A DNA stretch of 54,723 nucleotides, taken from positions 1 through 54,723 of IMG/VR virus record IMGVR_UViG_3300037423_001046. One strand, written 5' to 3'. This stretch comes from a virus. Lineage: Duplodnaviria > Caudoviricetes. Below are positions 43,732 through 53,429 of the stretch, in pieces. The translations under genes and the position numbers were made by a program. Numbering within the stretch: the first letter of the stretch is position 1; every line of letters starts with the position of its first letter. Under the pieces are notes generated by a model that saw only the letters and a list, made by a program, of their open reading frames with translations, did not search any database and was not told where the DNA came from.

Positions 43732-44259
43732 TCAGGCGGCGACGACGCCCTTGACCGGGCCGCCGTTCACGTAGGTCGCCTCGACGCCCATGTGGAACTC
43801 GCCGTTGTCGCCGCCCGTGTCACGGATGACGTAGGGCACGCCGAGCCGCAGGTAGTGGGTGATCACCTTGTCGCCCACCACGAACGGGTCCTCGTTGTCC
43901 GGGCCGAGCCGCTCGATGACGTAGATCAGCGCGCCCTGAACCATCAGGGAGTCGATCGACGTCTCCGGGTTCTGCGGGTCACCGACCGAGTAGAGGATCG
44001 TTCCGATCTGGTTCATCGCCGGGTTCAGCTGCTCGACGTCGGAACGCGAGCACAGGCGACGCTTGCGCGTGGCCTTGCCCTGCGTGGTCGACGGCGTCCA
44101 GCCCTCGGCCATGAGCGCGCATGAGAGGTCGACGGACGAGGCCGCCTCGATCTCGGTCGCGAGCTTCGGGGCGGTGAGGTCGGCGACCGCGACGGCGGCG
44201 GCGACCTTGATCGCGCCGAGAGACGGCGTCGACTCGGGGTAGACGGTGGTGAGCGGCAT
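43732..44259 (-). CDS. Major tail (tube) protein
   Basis: AP...E......DLSC....GW.P..Q......RLC motif; position. Confidence 0.85.
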   Translation of the reverse strand: MPLTTVYPESTPSLGAIKVAAAVAVADLTAPKLATEIEAASSVDLSCALMAEGWTPSTTQGKATRKRRLCSRSDVEQLNPAMNQIGTILYSVGDPQNPETSIDSLMVQGALIYVIERLGPDNEDPFVVGDKVITHYLRLGVPYVIRDTGGDNGEFHMGVEATYVNGGPVKGVVAA

Positions 44260-44260
44260 G

Positions 44261-44614
44261 TCAGTTCTCCTCGCTGGTGTTGCCGCCGGCGGCGGCGATG
44301 TTGGCGTCGTCGGCGTCGAGAGCCGCACGGAGGTCGGCGACCTTCTCGGATGCCGGCTTGATGTAGCTCTCGCCCTCCGGGTCGCGGACGGAGTTGCGCG
44401 AGTCGATCTCCGTCAGGAGCTCGTCCTTGCCGGTCTTGGCCCACCGCGACTCGGCGGCGGCGGGCTTGGTGAGCGGGTCGTACTTCGCCGGGAGGGCCAC
44501 GCCGTTGCGGGCGGCGGGCTTGTCGACGGTCTTGAGGCGCTGCGACTTCGCGAACGCCGCTGAGACCGAAGCCTCGCTGCCGTTCTCGAGGCGCACGCGC
44601 ACGAACTCGGTCAT
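44261..44614 (-). CDS. Small virion-associated protein with a LEM/Rho-N-like C-terminal domain
   Basis: MTEFVRVR; WAK..K.ELL.EID.RN..K.ADLRAAL.ADD. Confidence 0.7.
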   Translation of the reverse strand: MTEFVRVRLENGSEASVSAAFAKSQRLKTVDKPAARNGVALPAKYDPLTKPAAAESRWAKTGKDELLTEIDSRNSVRDPEGESYIKPASEKVADLRAALDADDANIAAAGGNTSEEN

Positions 44615-44705
44615 GCGGTTGCTCCTGTGCAGGGGTGGAGGTTCGGCACCGGACCGGGACAGTCCGGGCGAAGACGCCCGGCGGGCGCCGATCGTGGGGC
44701 TCGCG

Positions 44706-45191
44706 TCAGGCGAGCGGGTCGGTGCGGGACACCGACATGCGGACCGTGTAGGAGTCCACGGCGTAGAACAGGAACCCCTGCCCGTCGGGCCGGAGCGCGT
44801 CGTCGTCACGTGTGATGAGCGGCGCCTCGGACAGTCGGACCGGTGTGAGGCGCATCCCGGGCACGACCGGCCGGAACCGGGCCATGCGTGCACGGATCCG
44901 GGCGATCGCCCACTTCGTCTGCTGGCGGGTCAGGCCGACGATGTAGAAGCGGAAGAACTCCTCCCGCTGCCCGTAGCCGCCGTCCAACCGCGGCGCGTCG
45001 TCGTCACCGAACGACGACATGAAGTTCGCGTAGGGGAGCGGATACTCAGGCACCACGCCACCCGACGGCGGCGGGGCCTTGAACCAGCCGTCGTACACCG
45101 TCACGCCCACCGAGTCACGGAAGTAGGTGTCGTCCTTGCCCGCCACCGGGTCGCCGACCCGCGCCAGGATGGCGGCGTCGACCTCGTTCAC
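44706..45191 (-). CDS. Tail terminator
   Basis: VYDG..P..PY; position. Confidence 0.7.
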   Translation of the reverse strand: MNEVDAAILARVGDPVAGKDDTYFRDSVGVTVYDGWFKAPPPSGGVVPEYPLPYANFMSSFGDDDAPRLDGGYGQREEFFRFYIVGLTRQQTKWAIARIRARMARFRPVVPGMRLTPVRLSEAPLITRDDDALRPDGQGFLFYAVDSYTVRMSVSRTDPLA

Positions 45192-45640
45192 CGACGACCC
45201 CGGCCGTCGTCACCGAGCACCGACTCCTGCGCGGTCTCCGCAAGCCACTTCTCCGCGAACGGAAGCGTCCGCCGCAGACCGGCCCGGTAGTCGTAGGCCG
45301 GCGCGTTGTTCACGCTGCCCTTCGCGATGATGCCGCCGAGCTTGCCCGCGCCCTTCGCCTCGATGCCCGCCTCGACCTCGAACGTGCCGATCATCTCGAA
45401 CGACACGTGCGGAGGGAGCGGCGTCACGTAGGACGTGCCGGGGATGCCGAACCAGTTACCGAGGTGGCCGGCCGCGTCGACCGCCATCTCCGCCCGGAGC
45501 TTCGGACCCACCTGGCGCTGCATCGTCTTCCGGGTGCGCAGCTGTGCACGCAGAGGCGCTTCGGACAGGTCGATGATGAGCCGCGTGAGGTCCGAGCTGT
45601 CCATCTCGTACCTGATGCCGCCGCCACGAGAACGGGCCAT
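45188..45640 (-). CDS. Neck/tail completion protein (HK97 gp10-like)
   Basis: L..DL..AP..G.LG.I...GSVNNAP; position. Confidence 0.65.
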   Translation of the reverse strand: MARSRGGGIRYEMDSSDLTRLIIDLSEAPLRAQLRTRKTMQRQVGPKLRAEMAVDAAGHLGNWFGIPGTSYVTPLPPHVSFEMIGTFEVEAGIEAKGAGKLGGIIAKGSVNNAPAYDYRAGLRRTLPFAEKWLAETAQESVLGDDGRGRR

Positions 45641-45656
45641 GCCGCACCTCCTCCGG

Positions 45657-46115
45657 TCAGGACAGAAGCTCGCGCGTCGCGAACTTCCGGCAGCTCGCCA
45701 GGGTCTTGTTCTTCGTCTCCGCGGTCACCACGAGACGGCGACCAACACGGGACGGGTCGAGCGGGGACTCGAGGAGCTCGGTCACGCAGTCCGGCACGAC
45801 CTGCGACGGGTCACCCACATCGGGCCGCCCAGTCGCGTCGTTGCCAGCGGCGACCGGAAGTTCAAGCGTCGCGGTCCGGTAGGTCCACTCGTGGTCGCCC
45901 ACGGCAGCCTCGACCGCGTTCGAGTTGATGTCCGCGCGCACCTGCACGCGGCACCGCCCCTCGTACACCACGACGGGCGCGGGGGTGTCGTACTGGCCGG
46001 TCGCCTCGTTGAAGGCGCCCCGTGTGTCAGCGGCGCGGGTGATCCGGCACCGGTCGATCATCTCGCTTTCGGCCATCGCCCGGTCCTGCGCGACCTCAGC
46101 CGGCGAGATCAGCAC
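45657..46115 (-). CDS. Head-to-tail stopper (DUF6093-like)
   Basis: AES.M.D.CRITR..VYEGRCRVQ..LELPV. Confidence 0.75.
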   Translation of the reverse strand: MLISPAEVAQDRAMAESEMIDRCRITRAADTRGAFNEATGQYDTPAPVVVYEGRCRVQVRADINSNAVEAAVGDHEWTYRTATLELPVAAGNDATGRPDVGDPSQVVPDCVTELLESPLDPSRVGRRLVVTAETKNKTLASCRKFATRELLS

Positions 46116-46480
46116 GGCGGCGTCGCAATCCGCAGACGGATCGACCCGACGTTGGTCGGCTTGTCCGGTGCGCCGTTGAGCTCGGCGAGCTCGTCGTCCG
46201 TCAGGTAGACGCCGAGCCTGCGGCTGCCGCCCTCCATCCGCTCGGTGCGGGACACGTCATCCCACGAGCGGGTCCACGAGGTCAGCCCCTTCGGGTTCGC
46301 GGCCGCGCGCGCACCCACCGTCAGCGCGACCGCCTTCACGCGCGCGGGGATCTGCTCGGTCGGGTTCTGCCACGCCTCCTCCACCGTCTCGTTCACGAGG
46401 TCGACGATCAACGTCAGCCCCGCCGTGACAGTGGTCTCGAGCAAGGAGGCCAGCTCTTCAGCCGTAATGAACGCGATCAT
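46109..46480 (-). CDS. Head-to-tail adaptor
   Basis: P..VKAV.L....RA..NP.G...DD..G.YLT..EL..L. Confidence 0.75.
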   Translation of the reverse strand: MIAFITAEELASLLETTVTAGLTLIVDLVNETVEEAWQNPTEQIPARVKAVALTVGARAAANPKGLTSWTRSWDDVSRTERMEGGSRRLGVYLTDDELAELNGAPDKPTNVGSIRLRIATPPC

Positions 46481-46507
46481 CCCTGGCCTCCCTGCTCGAT
46501 CCGGGTA

Positions 46508-46906
46508 CTACTCGGTGACGTCGCCGTCGTCGTCGCCGTCGCCGTCTGCAGCGGCAGCGTCGTCAGCGTCGAGAGCGGCACGCAGGTCGTCGACCTTGTC
46601 GCTGGCCGGCGCGATCTTCGCGTCGTCCTCGCGCTCGGCGTTGCGCTTCTCGACCTCGGCGAGCAGGTCCTTCTTGGCGACCTTCGCCCACGGCGACTCG
46701 GCCGCGGCCTCGGACTTGGTGTCGGTCGCGTCGTCCTCGGCCGGGACGTCGCCGCCCCACGCCTTCGGGTTGGTGACCGACTTCGCGATCTCGGCGGTGA
46801 ACTTCACGCCGTTGACGACGTCGCCCACCTTGGTTCCGGCGGGGAACGTGTCGCCCCCGACGGTCGTGTTCACGGCGAGCTCCCTCGCCGCCTTGCTGCC
46901 TGACAT
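46508..46906 (-). CDS. Head-associated protein with a LEM/Rho-N-like domain
   Basis: Follows the capsid gene; A..VTNPKAW; WAK..KKDLLAEVEKRN. Confidence 0.7.
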   Translation of the reverse strand: MSGSKAARELAVNTTVGGDTFPAGTKVGDVVNGVKFTAEIAKSVTNPKAWGGDVPAEDDATDTKSEAAAESPWAKVAKKDLLAEVEKRNAEREDDAKIAPASDKVDDLRAALDADDAAAADGDGDDDGDVTE

Positions 46907-46937
46907 CTACTTCTCCTCCGGGATGGTTGTGCCGGGA

Positions 46938-46970
46938 CCGCGTCCCCGGTGGGTCACACCGGGGACGCGG
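46938..46970 (-). terminator. Hairpin after the major capsid gene
   Basis: 14-bp perfect stem CCGCGTCCCCGGTG/CACCGGGGACGCGG. Confidence 0.65.
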
Positions 46971-46979
46971 GAGACCTCA

Positions 46980-48005
46980 TCAGGCGGCGACGTCGGCCGC
47001 GAAGGTGAGGTCGGGGTTCACGAGCACCGGCAGGCCGAGGCCAGCGGCGTTCGTGAAGTGGGCGACGGGGTTGGGCTGCTTGTAGACGCCCGCGACGATG
47101 CCGGGGCGCTCACCCTCGGCGAGCCCGTACTCCGGCTCGAGCGACTCCGAGGTGGTGCCCCAGAGGGTCGCGCCGAGCTGGTTCCCCTCGCCGCGACGCG
47201 GCAGGAAGAGGAACTTGTCGTCCGCGATCACGCGGGTGGCGACCTTGTTGACCGACACCTGCGCGTCGTAGGTCTCGACCATCGGCAGACCCTCGGACTC
47301 GAGCAGGTCGTTCAGCTCGCTCAGCGAGACCCGGGTGGCACCAGCGGCCGAGCCCTTGATCGCGTCGATGATCTCCTTGTTCCTGGTGAGCAGGCGGAGG
47401 TTCTTCTTCGCGGTCAGAGCGACCTCGGGACGCTTGCCGCCGCTGTTGACCTCGTAGGTGTCAGCCCACGCGATCATGTTGGTCAGCGGCGTCGAGTTGA
47501 CCAGGTCGGTCCACGCGGTGCCGGCCGTGACGGTGTTCCCGGCGTTGCGGCCGTAGTCGGCCGTCGCCACGACGCCGCCCTCGGCGATGACGACCTTGCC
47601 GGTGACGAGAGCCTCGCCGCGGGCGAGCTCCATGCGGGCCGCGACGGCGCGCACCATGCGGGTCGCGTCGTCGAAGATCGCGTCCACGATCGCGTCGTCT
47701 GCCTGACGCAGCTTGAGGCGGTCGTACTCGCCCAGCTTGATCTGGCGGGAGATCGGGGGCAGCGAGCCGCTGACCCGCGTGGCGCCGGGACGACCACCGA
47801 ACCGCGACGGGGTGTCGAAGTTGCGGAAGGTCGCGGCCTCGGCCAGACCCTCGCCACCCTGCGTGAAGCGGTAGTCGATGTCGTCCTGGTCCTGGTCGGG
47901 CAGGAAGGACGACAGGGTGAACTCGTTGACCGCGAGGTCAGCGAGCGCCTCCCGGGCGTAGCCGGTCAGCTCGGAGGGCTCGATGTAGTCGGTGTTCAGG
48001 AACAT
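46980..48005 (-). CDS. Major capsid protein (lambda gpE-like)
   Basis: 341 aa; LPPISR..LGEYD..R.E.ARG.AL.TG..G.TLWG.T.E; preceded by a decoration protein. Confidence 0.9.
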   Translation of the reverse strand: MFLNTDYIEPSELTGYAREALADLAVNEFTLSSFLPDQDQDDIDYRFTQGGEGLAEAATFRNFDTPSRFGGRPGATRVSGSLPPISRQIKLGEYDRLKLRQADDAIVDAIFDDATRMVRAVAARMELARGEALVTGKVVIAEGGVVATADYGRNAGNTVTAGTAWTDLVNSTPLTNMIAWADTYEVNSGGKRPEVALTAKKNLRLLTRNKEIIDAIKGSAAGATRVSLSELNDLLESEGLPMVETYDAQVSVNKVATRVIADDKFLFLPRRGEGNQLGATLWGTTSESLEPEYGLAEGERPGIVAGVYKQPNPVAHFTNAAGLGLPVLVNPDLTFAADVAA

Positions 48006-48022
48006 CAGTCAGCTCTCCTTTC

Positions 48023-48412
48023 TCACTCGAAGGTGATCCGGCCGGCGACGTCGGCCTTGCCGGCGGCGTCGATGGCGATGGGCAGGTTGTCCTCGACGAC
48101 GCGGCCGTGCTCGTAGAGCGCGCCCCCGACGTCGGTGGTGGAGACAGCGCCCGGCTTGGTCGGCGTGAGCAGGAAGCCCGCGAGGACCTCCCGGCCGTCG
48201 GCCGCGGCGTTGTCGTAGGGGCCGTAGAGACCCGTGGCGGTGATCTCGCCGAGCGGTGTGCCCGACAGGATGTAGCCGTCGGGGTAGTGCGTCCCGGCGG
48301 TGAAGGCGGACGTGTCGAGCGTGATCGACCGCGCCAGGTCGATGCCGTGAGAGGCACCGATCCAGCTCTGGTCGTCCTGCCCGAACGTGTCCTTGCGGAC
48401 GGAGAGGTCCAT
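48023..48412 (-). CDS. Head decoration protein
   Basis: ITLD.S.F.AGTHYP.GY..SG..LG....GLYGPY...A.DGR..L.GFL. Confidence 0.85.
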   Translation of the reverse strand: MDLSVRKDTFGQDDQSWIGASHGIDLARSITLDTSAFTAGTHYPDGYILSGTPLGEITATGLYGPYDNAAADGREVLAGFLLTPTKPGAVSTTDVGGALYEHGRVVEDNLPIAIDAAGKADVAGRITFE

Positions 48413-48462
48413 GAGGTGACTCCTTCGGGGTCAGTCGGTACGGACGGTGGTGCTGGGTGCGC

Positions 48463-49227
48463 TCAGGCGTCCTTGTCGGACTTCTTGCCGTGGCGCTCCT
48501 GGTAGCGGCTCCGACCGGACGAGACGCCGGTGGAGGTCTTGCCCCCACGGCTGCCGCCGCCGAAGTCGTGCCGCTGGTCGCCCTGACCCTTGCCGGAGGG
48601 CGCGATCGTGGAGACGAGCTTGCGGACCTTGGCGCGGTCCACCTTCCCGTCGTCGGTGAGGAGCTTCGACAGATCGAGGGTGTCGATCAGCGCGCTCTGG
48701 TCGTTGTTCTCGTCGTCGTGCCCGAGCGCGAACTCGAGCGCGGCGCGAGCGGCGTCGGCGCCGACCTCACGGATCGTCTCCGTGCGAGCCGACCTCTTCG
48801 CCTCGTCGACGGCCTTCTCACCGTCGGTCATCTTCGCTTGACGCAACTCGCCGAGCTCAGTGAGGTCGGCCTTCAGGTCGTCGCCGTACTTGCCGCCGGT
48901 GATCTGCAGGAGCTCCTTGTTGCGGGTCTCGTGCTTCGTCGCCTGGTGCTTGTAGTACGCCGCCTGCTGCTCGGCCGTCATCTCGACGACCGGGGTGTTG
49001 GCGGGGAACCCCTTGTCGCCAGTGTCGCCGGCGCCGCCCTTGTCGGCTCCCTTGTCGGTGCCGCCCTGGTCGCCGCCGGTGTCGTTGGCGTCGTCCTCGG
49101 TCCCGTCGCCACCCATGATCGGCCACACGACGCGGCCGGAGTCGAGCACGCCAACGGCGCGCAGCGGCTCACCGGTACGAGGGTGCACCAGGGTGGGGTG
49201 GACGGGGAGAGTGAACGGGTTCTGCAT
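48463..49227 (-). CDS. Scaffolding protein
   Basis: GFP..TP..EMT.EQQ.AY.K....KHE; acidic, coiled; position. Confidence 0.8.
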   Translation of the reverse strand: MQNPFTLPVHPTLVHPRTGEPLRAVGVLDSGRVVWPIMGGDGTEDDANDTGGDQGGTDKGADKGGAGDTGDKGFPANTPVVEMTAEQQAAYYKHQATKHETRNKELLQITGGKYGDDLKADLTELGELRQAKMTDGEKAVDEAKRSARTETIREVGADAARAALEFALGHDDENNDQSALIDTLDLSKLLTDDGKVDRAKVRKLVSTIAPSGKGQGDQRHDFGGGSRGGKTSTGVSSGRSRYQERHGKKSDKDA

Positions 49228-49304
49228 GGTGTCTCCTTGTCGGAGGGCCGGGATGGAGCGCCCGCCCTTGGCGGTCGAGCGCGCACACGCGGGTGCGTGT
49301 GAGA

Positions 49305-50129
49305 TCAGGCGGCCGGAGCGAGCTCGTCCGGGCCGGTGAAGTGCTGGTCTGCACGGGTGAGGACCGGGCCCCACTCGCCGTGCTCGTTGACCTGCACGCG
49401 GGTCTCCTTCAGCGCGCGGCCATCGGTGCTACCGGCGGCGCTGTAGAAGTGCCCGAGCTCGAGGTTGTTCAGCGAGTTGCCCGGGTCGACGTCGCCGATG
49501 ATCGGGACGACCTCGCACTTGCAGTGGCCGTGCAGCGGCATCAACTGCGCCTTGTGGTAGACCACGTCGGAGGCGACGATGCACAGACCGCACGAACCGG
49601 TCTCCGAGAGCTCCGGGTGCACGACGCGGCGGTAGCCCGTCACGCCGAGCTCGGCCGGGAGGCGGCTGAGGATCTGCGCCGTCTCGTCTCGCTTCGCGAG
49701 CCGGATGTTCCCGTCGACCAACGCCGCCGCGAGCCGCATCGCCATGTCGAACGCGGCCGCCGGCTCCATCCCCTCGGACACCTTGCGCCGGAACAGCTTC
49801 ATCGGACGGTCGAAGACGTCCTCGAGAGCGACGCCGTTACGGATCGGGGGGAGCGGCAGGTTCGGGATAGCGACGACGCTGCCGACCGTGGACGAGAGGA
49901 CGTGCCCGAGGTACTGCGACGCGAGCCCAGCTGCGAACAGGTTCGCCGTGTTCGACAGATCCGCCGCCTGCTCGGCCACGGCCGAGGCGGACGCGGCCGA
50001 CCAGAAGTTCTCGCCGGCGTACACCGCGAGCACTGCCGTGGCCGTATCCCGGGAGAGCTGGTCCGTCCTCGCCGCGTAGGCGTTCACCCACGCGATGAGC
50101 TCAGCCAGCTGCGCCTGTGTCAGCGCCAT
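49305..50129 (-). CDS. Minor capsid/MuF-like head morphogenesis protein
   Basis: GYRRVVHPELS..G.CGLCIVAS..Y....LMPLH..CKC. Confidence 0.8.
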   Translation of the reverse strand: MALTQAQLAELIAWVNAYAARTDQLSRDTATAVLAVYAGENFWSAASASAVAEQAADLSNTANLFAAGLASQYLGHVLSSTVGSVVAIPNLPLPPIRNGVALEDVFDRPMKLFRRKVSEGMEPAAAFDMAMRLAAALVDGNIRLAKRDETAQILSRLPAELGVTGYRRVVHPELSETGSCGLCIVASDVVYHKAQLMPLHGHCKCEVVPIIGDVDPGNSLNNLELGHFYSAAGSTDGRALKETRVQVNEHGEWGPVLTRADQHFTGPDELAPAA

Positions 50130-51633
50130 CGGTCGTCATCTCGAAGAGGGCCGGCTGCTGCGCGCCCGCGCCGGTCCCGCCTGCGGGCGCCGGAGGCTGC
50201 GGCTGTCCGCCACCGTTGGTCAGGAAGTCGCGTCCCTCGAGGATTCGCAGGTTCGGGATCTCGGCCGGCGCGTACTGCCAGATGTCGCGCTGGATCGCCT
50301 CACGCGGCAACGACGTCGCAGCCTTCGACGCCGCGTCCGCACGCTCGGCCAGCGAGAACCGCTCGATCGGGTCCCAGATCGGCTCGATCTGCTCGACCTG
50401 CGACCGCTCCTTGTCGCCCATGAACGCGAAGCAGTCAGCCATCACGGCCGCCCACTCGCGGTCAACGTGCCGGATGCACGCCTTCACCGCGAACGTCTGC
50501 TGCTCACGCATCAGCGCCGCACCCTCAGCCGAGCCAGCGGCCGCGTCCGGGGTGACGATGTTCAGCGACGTCGACGTGACCGCGGCGAAGTGGATCAGGT
50601 CGTGCTTGATCGAGTTCAGGAGCGGCGTCATGTCCGTGACCGCGGACTCCCAGAAGTCCGCGTTCTCGGGGATGCGCCAGAGCTCACCCGGACCCGCGAG
50701 GAACGCGTCGGAGTAGTCGATCGCGACCTCGGTCATCTTCCCGTCGACGAGCTTCTTCTGCGTCTCCGGGAGGCCCTTGATCGCCCGCTGCCGGAACGCC
50801 TGGATCTTCGCGATGACCAGCTTGTTGAGGATCTGGTCGTTGATCCGGTCGAGCGTGTCGAGGTGTCGCTCGAACTCGCCGACACCGCCGCGGTTCCGGA
50901 AGTGGTGCAGCGGCATCCGGTCCTTCGGCACCTTCTCGGGGTCGCGGTCCCACTCCCACGCCTTGCTCAAGTAGAACCGGGACGTCGTGATCGCCGATCC
51001 GCCGCGCTTGATCGCGACGTGGTGCGACACGCTGCCGTCGTCCTCGCGGATGAACAGGTGTCCGAAGTCTGCCGAGTCCCACTCGTCGCGGTAGAGCTTC
51101 AGGCCGGCGAGGGTCTTCCCAGTCAGGGGGTCGTCCGCGGTGATGCACTCGCGAGCGTCCTCCGCCGTGATGATCGGAATCTTCTCGCCCTGCGGCGTCA
51201 CCATCGCGTAGCCGTCCGCCAGCGACAAGGTGCCCGTGTGCACGTCGGCCGCCTTCACAGGCAGGTCGTTCGCGAGCATGATCTCGCGCGCCTTCGCATC
51301 ACCGAGCTCGTCGTTCGCTGCTGCGGTGCGGAAGTCCCGGAGGTCCATCCGGTTCAGCTTCGACTCCACCGCCAGAGCTGCGACGTTCAGCCGGCCGAGA
51401 CGGACAACCTCACGGAAGCCGTCCTTCCAGCCCTCCGCGCAACCCTGCAGTGGCGGGTCGCCGGCGAGGTGGTCGTGGAGCAGGTCCAGCCCGGGTCGCA
51501 CACGGGTCGACTGAACCAGCGCCCGCGTCCACTTCTTCGGGCCAGAGCGACCGTGCCTCCGGTCTTGCAACTGCCCGGCCAGGATCTTGAACCACCACGC
51601 CGGAGAGCGAGGGATGTCGGCGCCTTCGAGCAC
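50101..51633 (-). CDS. Portal protein (SPP1 gp6-like)
   Basis: GEFE.H....DRIN.......QAFRQRA.KG; position. Confidence 0.88.
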   Translation of the reverse strand: MLEGADIPRSPAWWFKILAGQLQDRRHGRSGPKKWTRALVQSTRVRPGLDLLHDHLAGDPPLQGCAEGWKDGFREVVRLGRLNVAALAVESKLNRMDLRDFRTAAANDELGDAKAREIMLANDLPVKAADVHTGTLSLADGYAMVTPQGEKIPIITAEDARECITADDPLTGKTLAGLKLYRDEWDSADFGHLFIREDDGSVSHHVAIKRGGSAITTSRFYLSKAWEWDRDPEKVPKDRMPLHHFRNRGGVGEFERHLDTLDRINDQILNKLVIAKIQAFRQRAIKGLPETQKKLVDGKMTEVAIDYSDAFLAGPGELWRIPENADFWESAVTDMTPLLNSIKHDLIHFAAVTSTSLNIVTPDAAAGSAEGAALMREQQTFAVKACIRHVDREWAAVMADCFAFMGDKERSQVEQIEPIWDPIERFSLAERADAASKAATSLPREAIQRDIWQYAPAEIPNLRILEGRDFLTNGGGQPQPPAPAGGTGAGAQQPALFEMTTDGADTGAAG

Positions 51634-51652
51634 CTCGCCACCCCCTCCCGGG

Positions 51653-53422
51653 TCAGTAGATGCGGCCGAAGCCGCCGCCGCTCGTCTTCTTCGTGTGCTC
51701 GGCCATCTCCTGCAGCGCCGCCAATCGCGCCTCCCACGAGAGGATCGCGGCCATGCACGCGTCGAACTTCCGGGTCTCGTGCAGCTTCTCGAGGACGAAC
51801 AGCCGCCGACCCTTGTCGGTCTGCTCTGCGTTCTCGTCCTCGCCCTCGTCGCCCGTGTCGACGAAGATGTTCACCGGCCTCCGACCAGCCGCCGAGATGT
51901 GCCGGACGAGCGTCTCGCCCAGCGTCTCCTGGTCCGTCTTCGACCCGACCGCGAGCGTCTGCAGGTCCGCGTAGCCGACCGCGCCGGTGCGGATCGCCTC
52001 CTGGTAGTTCCGGATCGCGAACGCCATCGCCCGCGTCCGCTGCGTGAACCACTCCTCGACCTGCGGGTACTTGCCCGCCCACGTCGCGTGCGACTCCAAC
52101 CAGTGCGGCGGGTCACCGTTCCACCGGAACACGTCGTAGTTGAAGAACAGCTCGTCGACCGCGGCATCGACCTCGAGCGGGTCGACCTCCCACGGCTCGT
52201 CTTCGGGCAGGTCCGCCGGCCGCTCCCAGATCGCGTGAACCTGCTGCAGCCCCGACGCGATGTCGGTGATGACGATCGCCGTCGAGTCACGGAACCGCGC
52301 ACCGTCGAACCCGGCCGTCACCCACGAGCCGTGCGGGATCGTCTCGCCCTCGCGCACGAGCTGCCGCACACGCTGCGGATCGAACGCCTGCCGGTCGCCC
52401 TGCACCCACAGGTTCAGCCACACGCGCTCGAGGTAGCCGAGATCGGCACGCGGGCGCGTCCACTGCTCGGCGATGTCCTCGAACTGGCCCGGCCCGTACT
52501 CCCCGTCCGGCCCGGTCGCCTCACGGATCGCCGCGATCCGGCCCGCCTTCGTCGACAGGTCGTGCCCCGTCGCGCCCTTCTCGTTCCCTCGGTGACACGC
52601 GCCGGCGTCCCGGTGGAAGTAGAAGATCCGCGGGTCCTTGATCTTGCCCTGACCGATCTGCTCGGCCTCGTGGTGCAGATCCTCCTGGATCGACCCCTGC
52701 CCGAGATCGCCCGCCGTACCGACGTACAGCGACCACGCGTCAGCGTCCGGCCGCTTCGGCAGGTTCGCCGACATCGTCGAGTGCGCCTCATGCAACCGCG
52801 GCGTATAGAGCCGGTGCGGCTCGTCGAACGCCTGGAACGTGGTACGCGCACCGTCACGAGCGTTCGGCGATCCCGCCAGCGGGACCAGCTTCCCAGCCTC
52901 GCGGCCACGCTCATCGAGCCGCGCGATGCGGTCCTTCGTGATGTCGAACAGGTCCGCGTCCGGCGAGTCACCAGCGATCGCCATCGCCGCGCCGTAACCG
53001 AGCTCCTCGACCTGCTCCTTCGAGTAGGCCAGCATCGGGATGTACGGCGCCAGCACCGGCCGACCGACCGGGTCACCGTCAGCGTCGAACCCATCACACC
53101 GGATCGGCGCCTCCGGGTGGAGCTCCGTCAGCGCGATCCACGCCAGGAGCTCGGTCTTCGCTAGACCCTTACGGACCGACCAACCGACCCGCTTGAACCG
53201 CCGACGCCCGCCGATGTTGCTGCCCTGCGAGTCGATCGTCCCCTGCGGGAACACCTCGTAGGCGCGGTAGATGATCGCCCGCTTCTCGTTCGAGATGACC
53301 GCCGGCTGACCCTGCAGCGGACCCGGACCGAATGTCCACGTCGCCTCGATGAAGTCGCAGATCAGACCGCCGAGCGTCGGGAACGGGACCTCGTCCAGCG
53401 CCGGAACGATGAGGCTCGCCAC
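51653..53422 (-). CDS. terL: Terminase large subunit
   Basis: RKGLAKTE Walker A-like, FQAFDEPH Walker B, GFDG..RDST and KFDA nuclease motifs. Confidence 0.93.
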   Translation of the reverse strand: MASLIVPALDEVPFPTLGGLICDFIEATWTFGPGPLQGQPAVISNEKRAIIYRAYEVFPQGTIDSQGSNIGGRRRFKRVGWSVRKGLAKTELLAWIALTELHPEAPIRCDGFDADGDPVGRPVLAPYIPMLAYSKEQVEELGYGAAMAIAGDSPDADLFDITKDRIARLDERGREAGKLVPLAGSPNARDGARTTFQAFDEPHRLYTPRLHEAHSTMSANLPKRPDADAWSLYVGTAGDLGQGSIQEDLHHEAEQIGQGKIKDPRIFYFHRDAGACHRGNEKGATGHDLSTKAGRIAAIREATGPDGEYGPGQFEDIAEQWTRPRADLGYLERVWLNLWVQGDRQAFDPQRVRQLVREGETIPHGSWVTAGFDGARFRDSTAIVITDIASGLQQVHAIWERPADLPEDEPWEVDPLEVDAAVDELFFNYDVFRWNGDPPHWLESHATWAGKYPQVEEWFTQRTRAMAFAIRNYQEAIRTGAVGYADLQTLAVGSKTDQETLGETLVRHISAAGRRPVNIFVDTGDEGEDENAEQTDKGRRLFVLEKLHETRKFDACMAAILSWEARLAALQEMAEHTKKTSGGGFGRIY

Positions 53423-53429
53423 GGGAGCC

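Noticed and set aside
50095-53164. Long plus-strand ORFs (650 and 525 aa)
   Set aside because: Shadows of portal and terminase.
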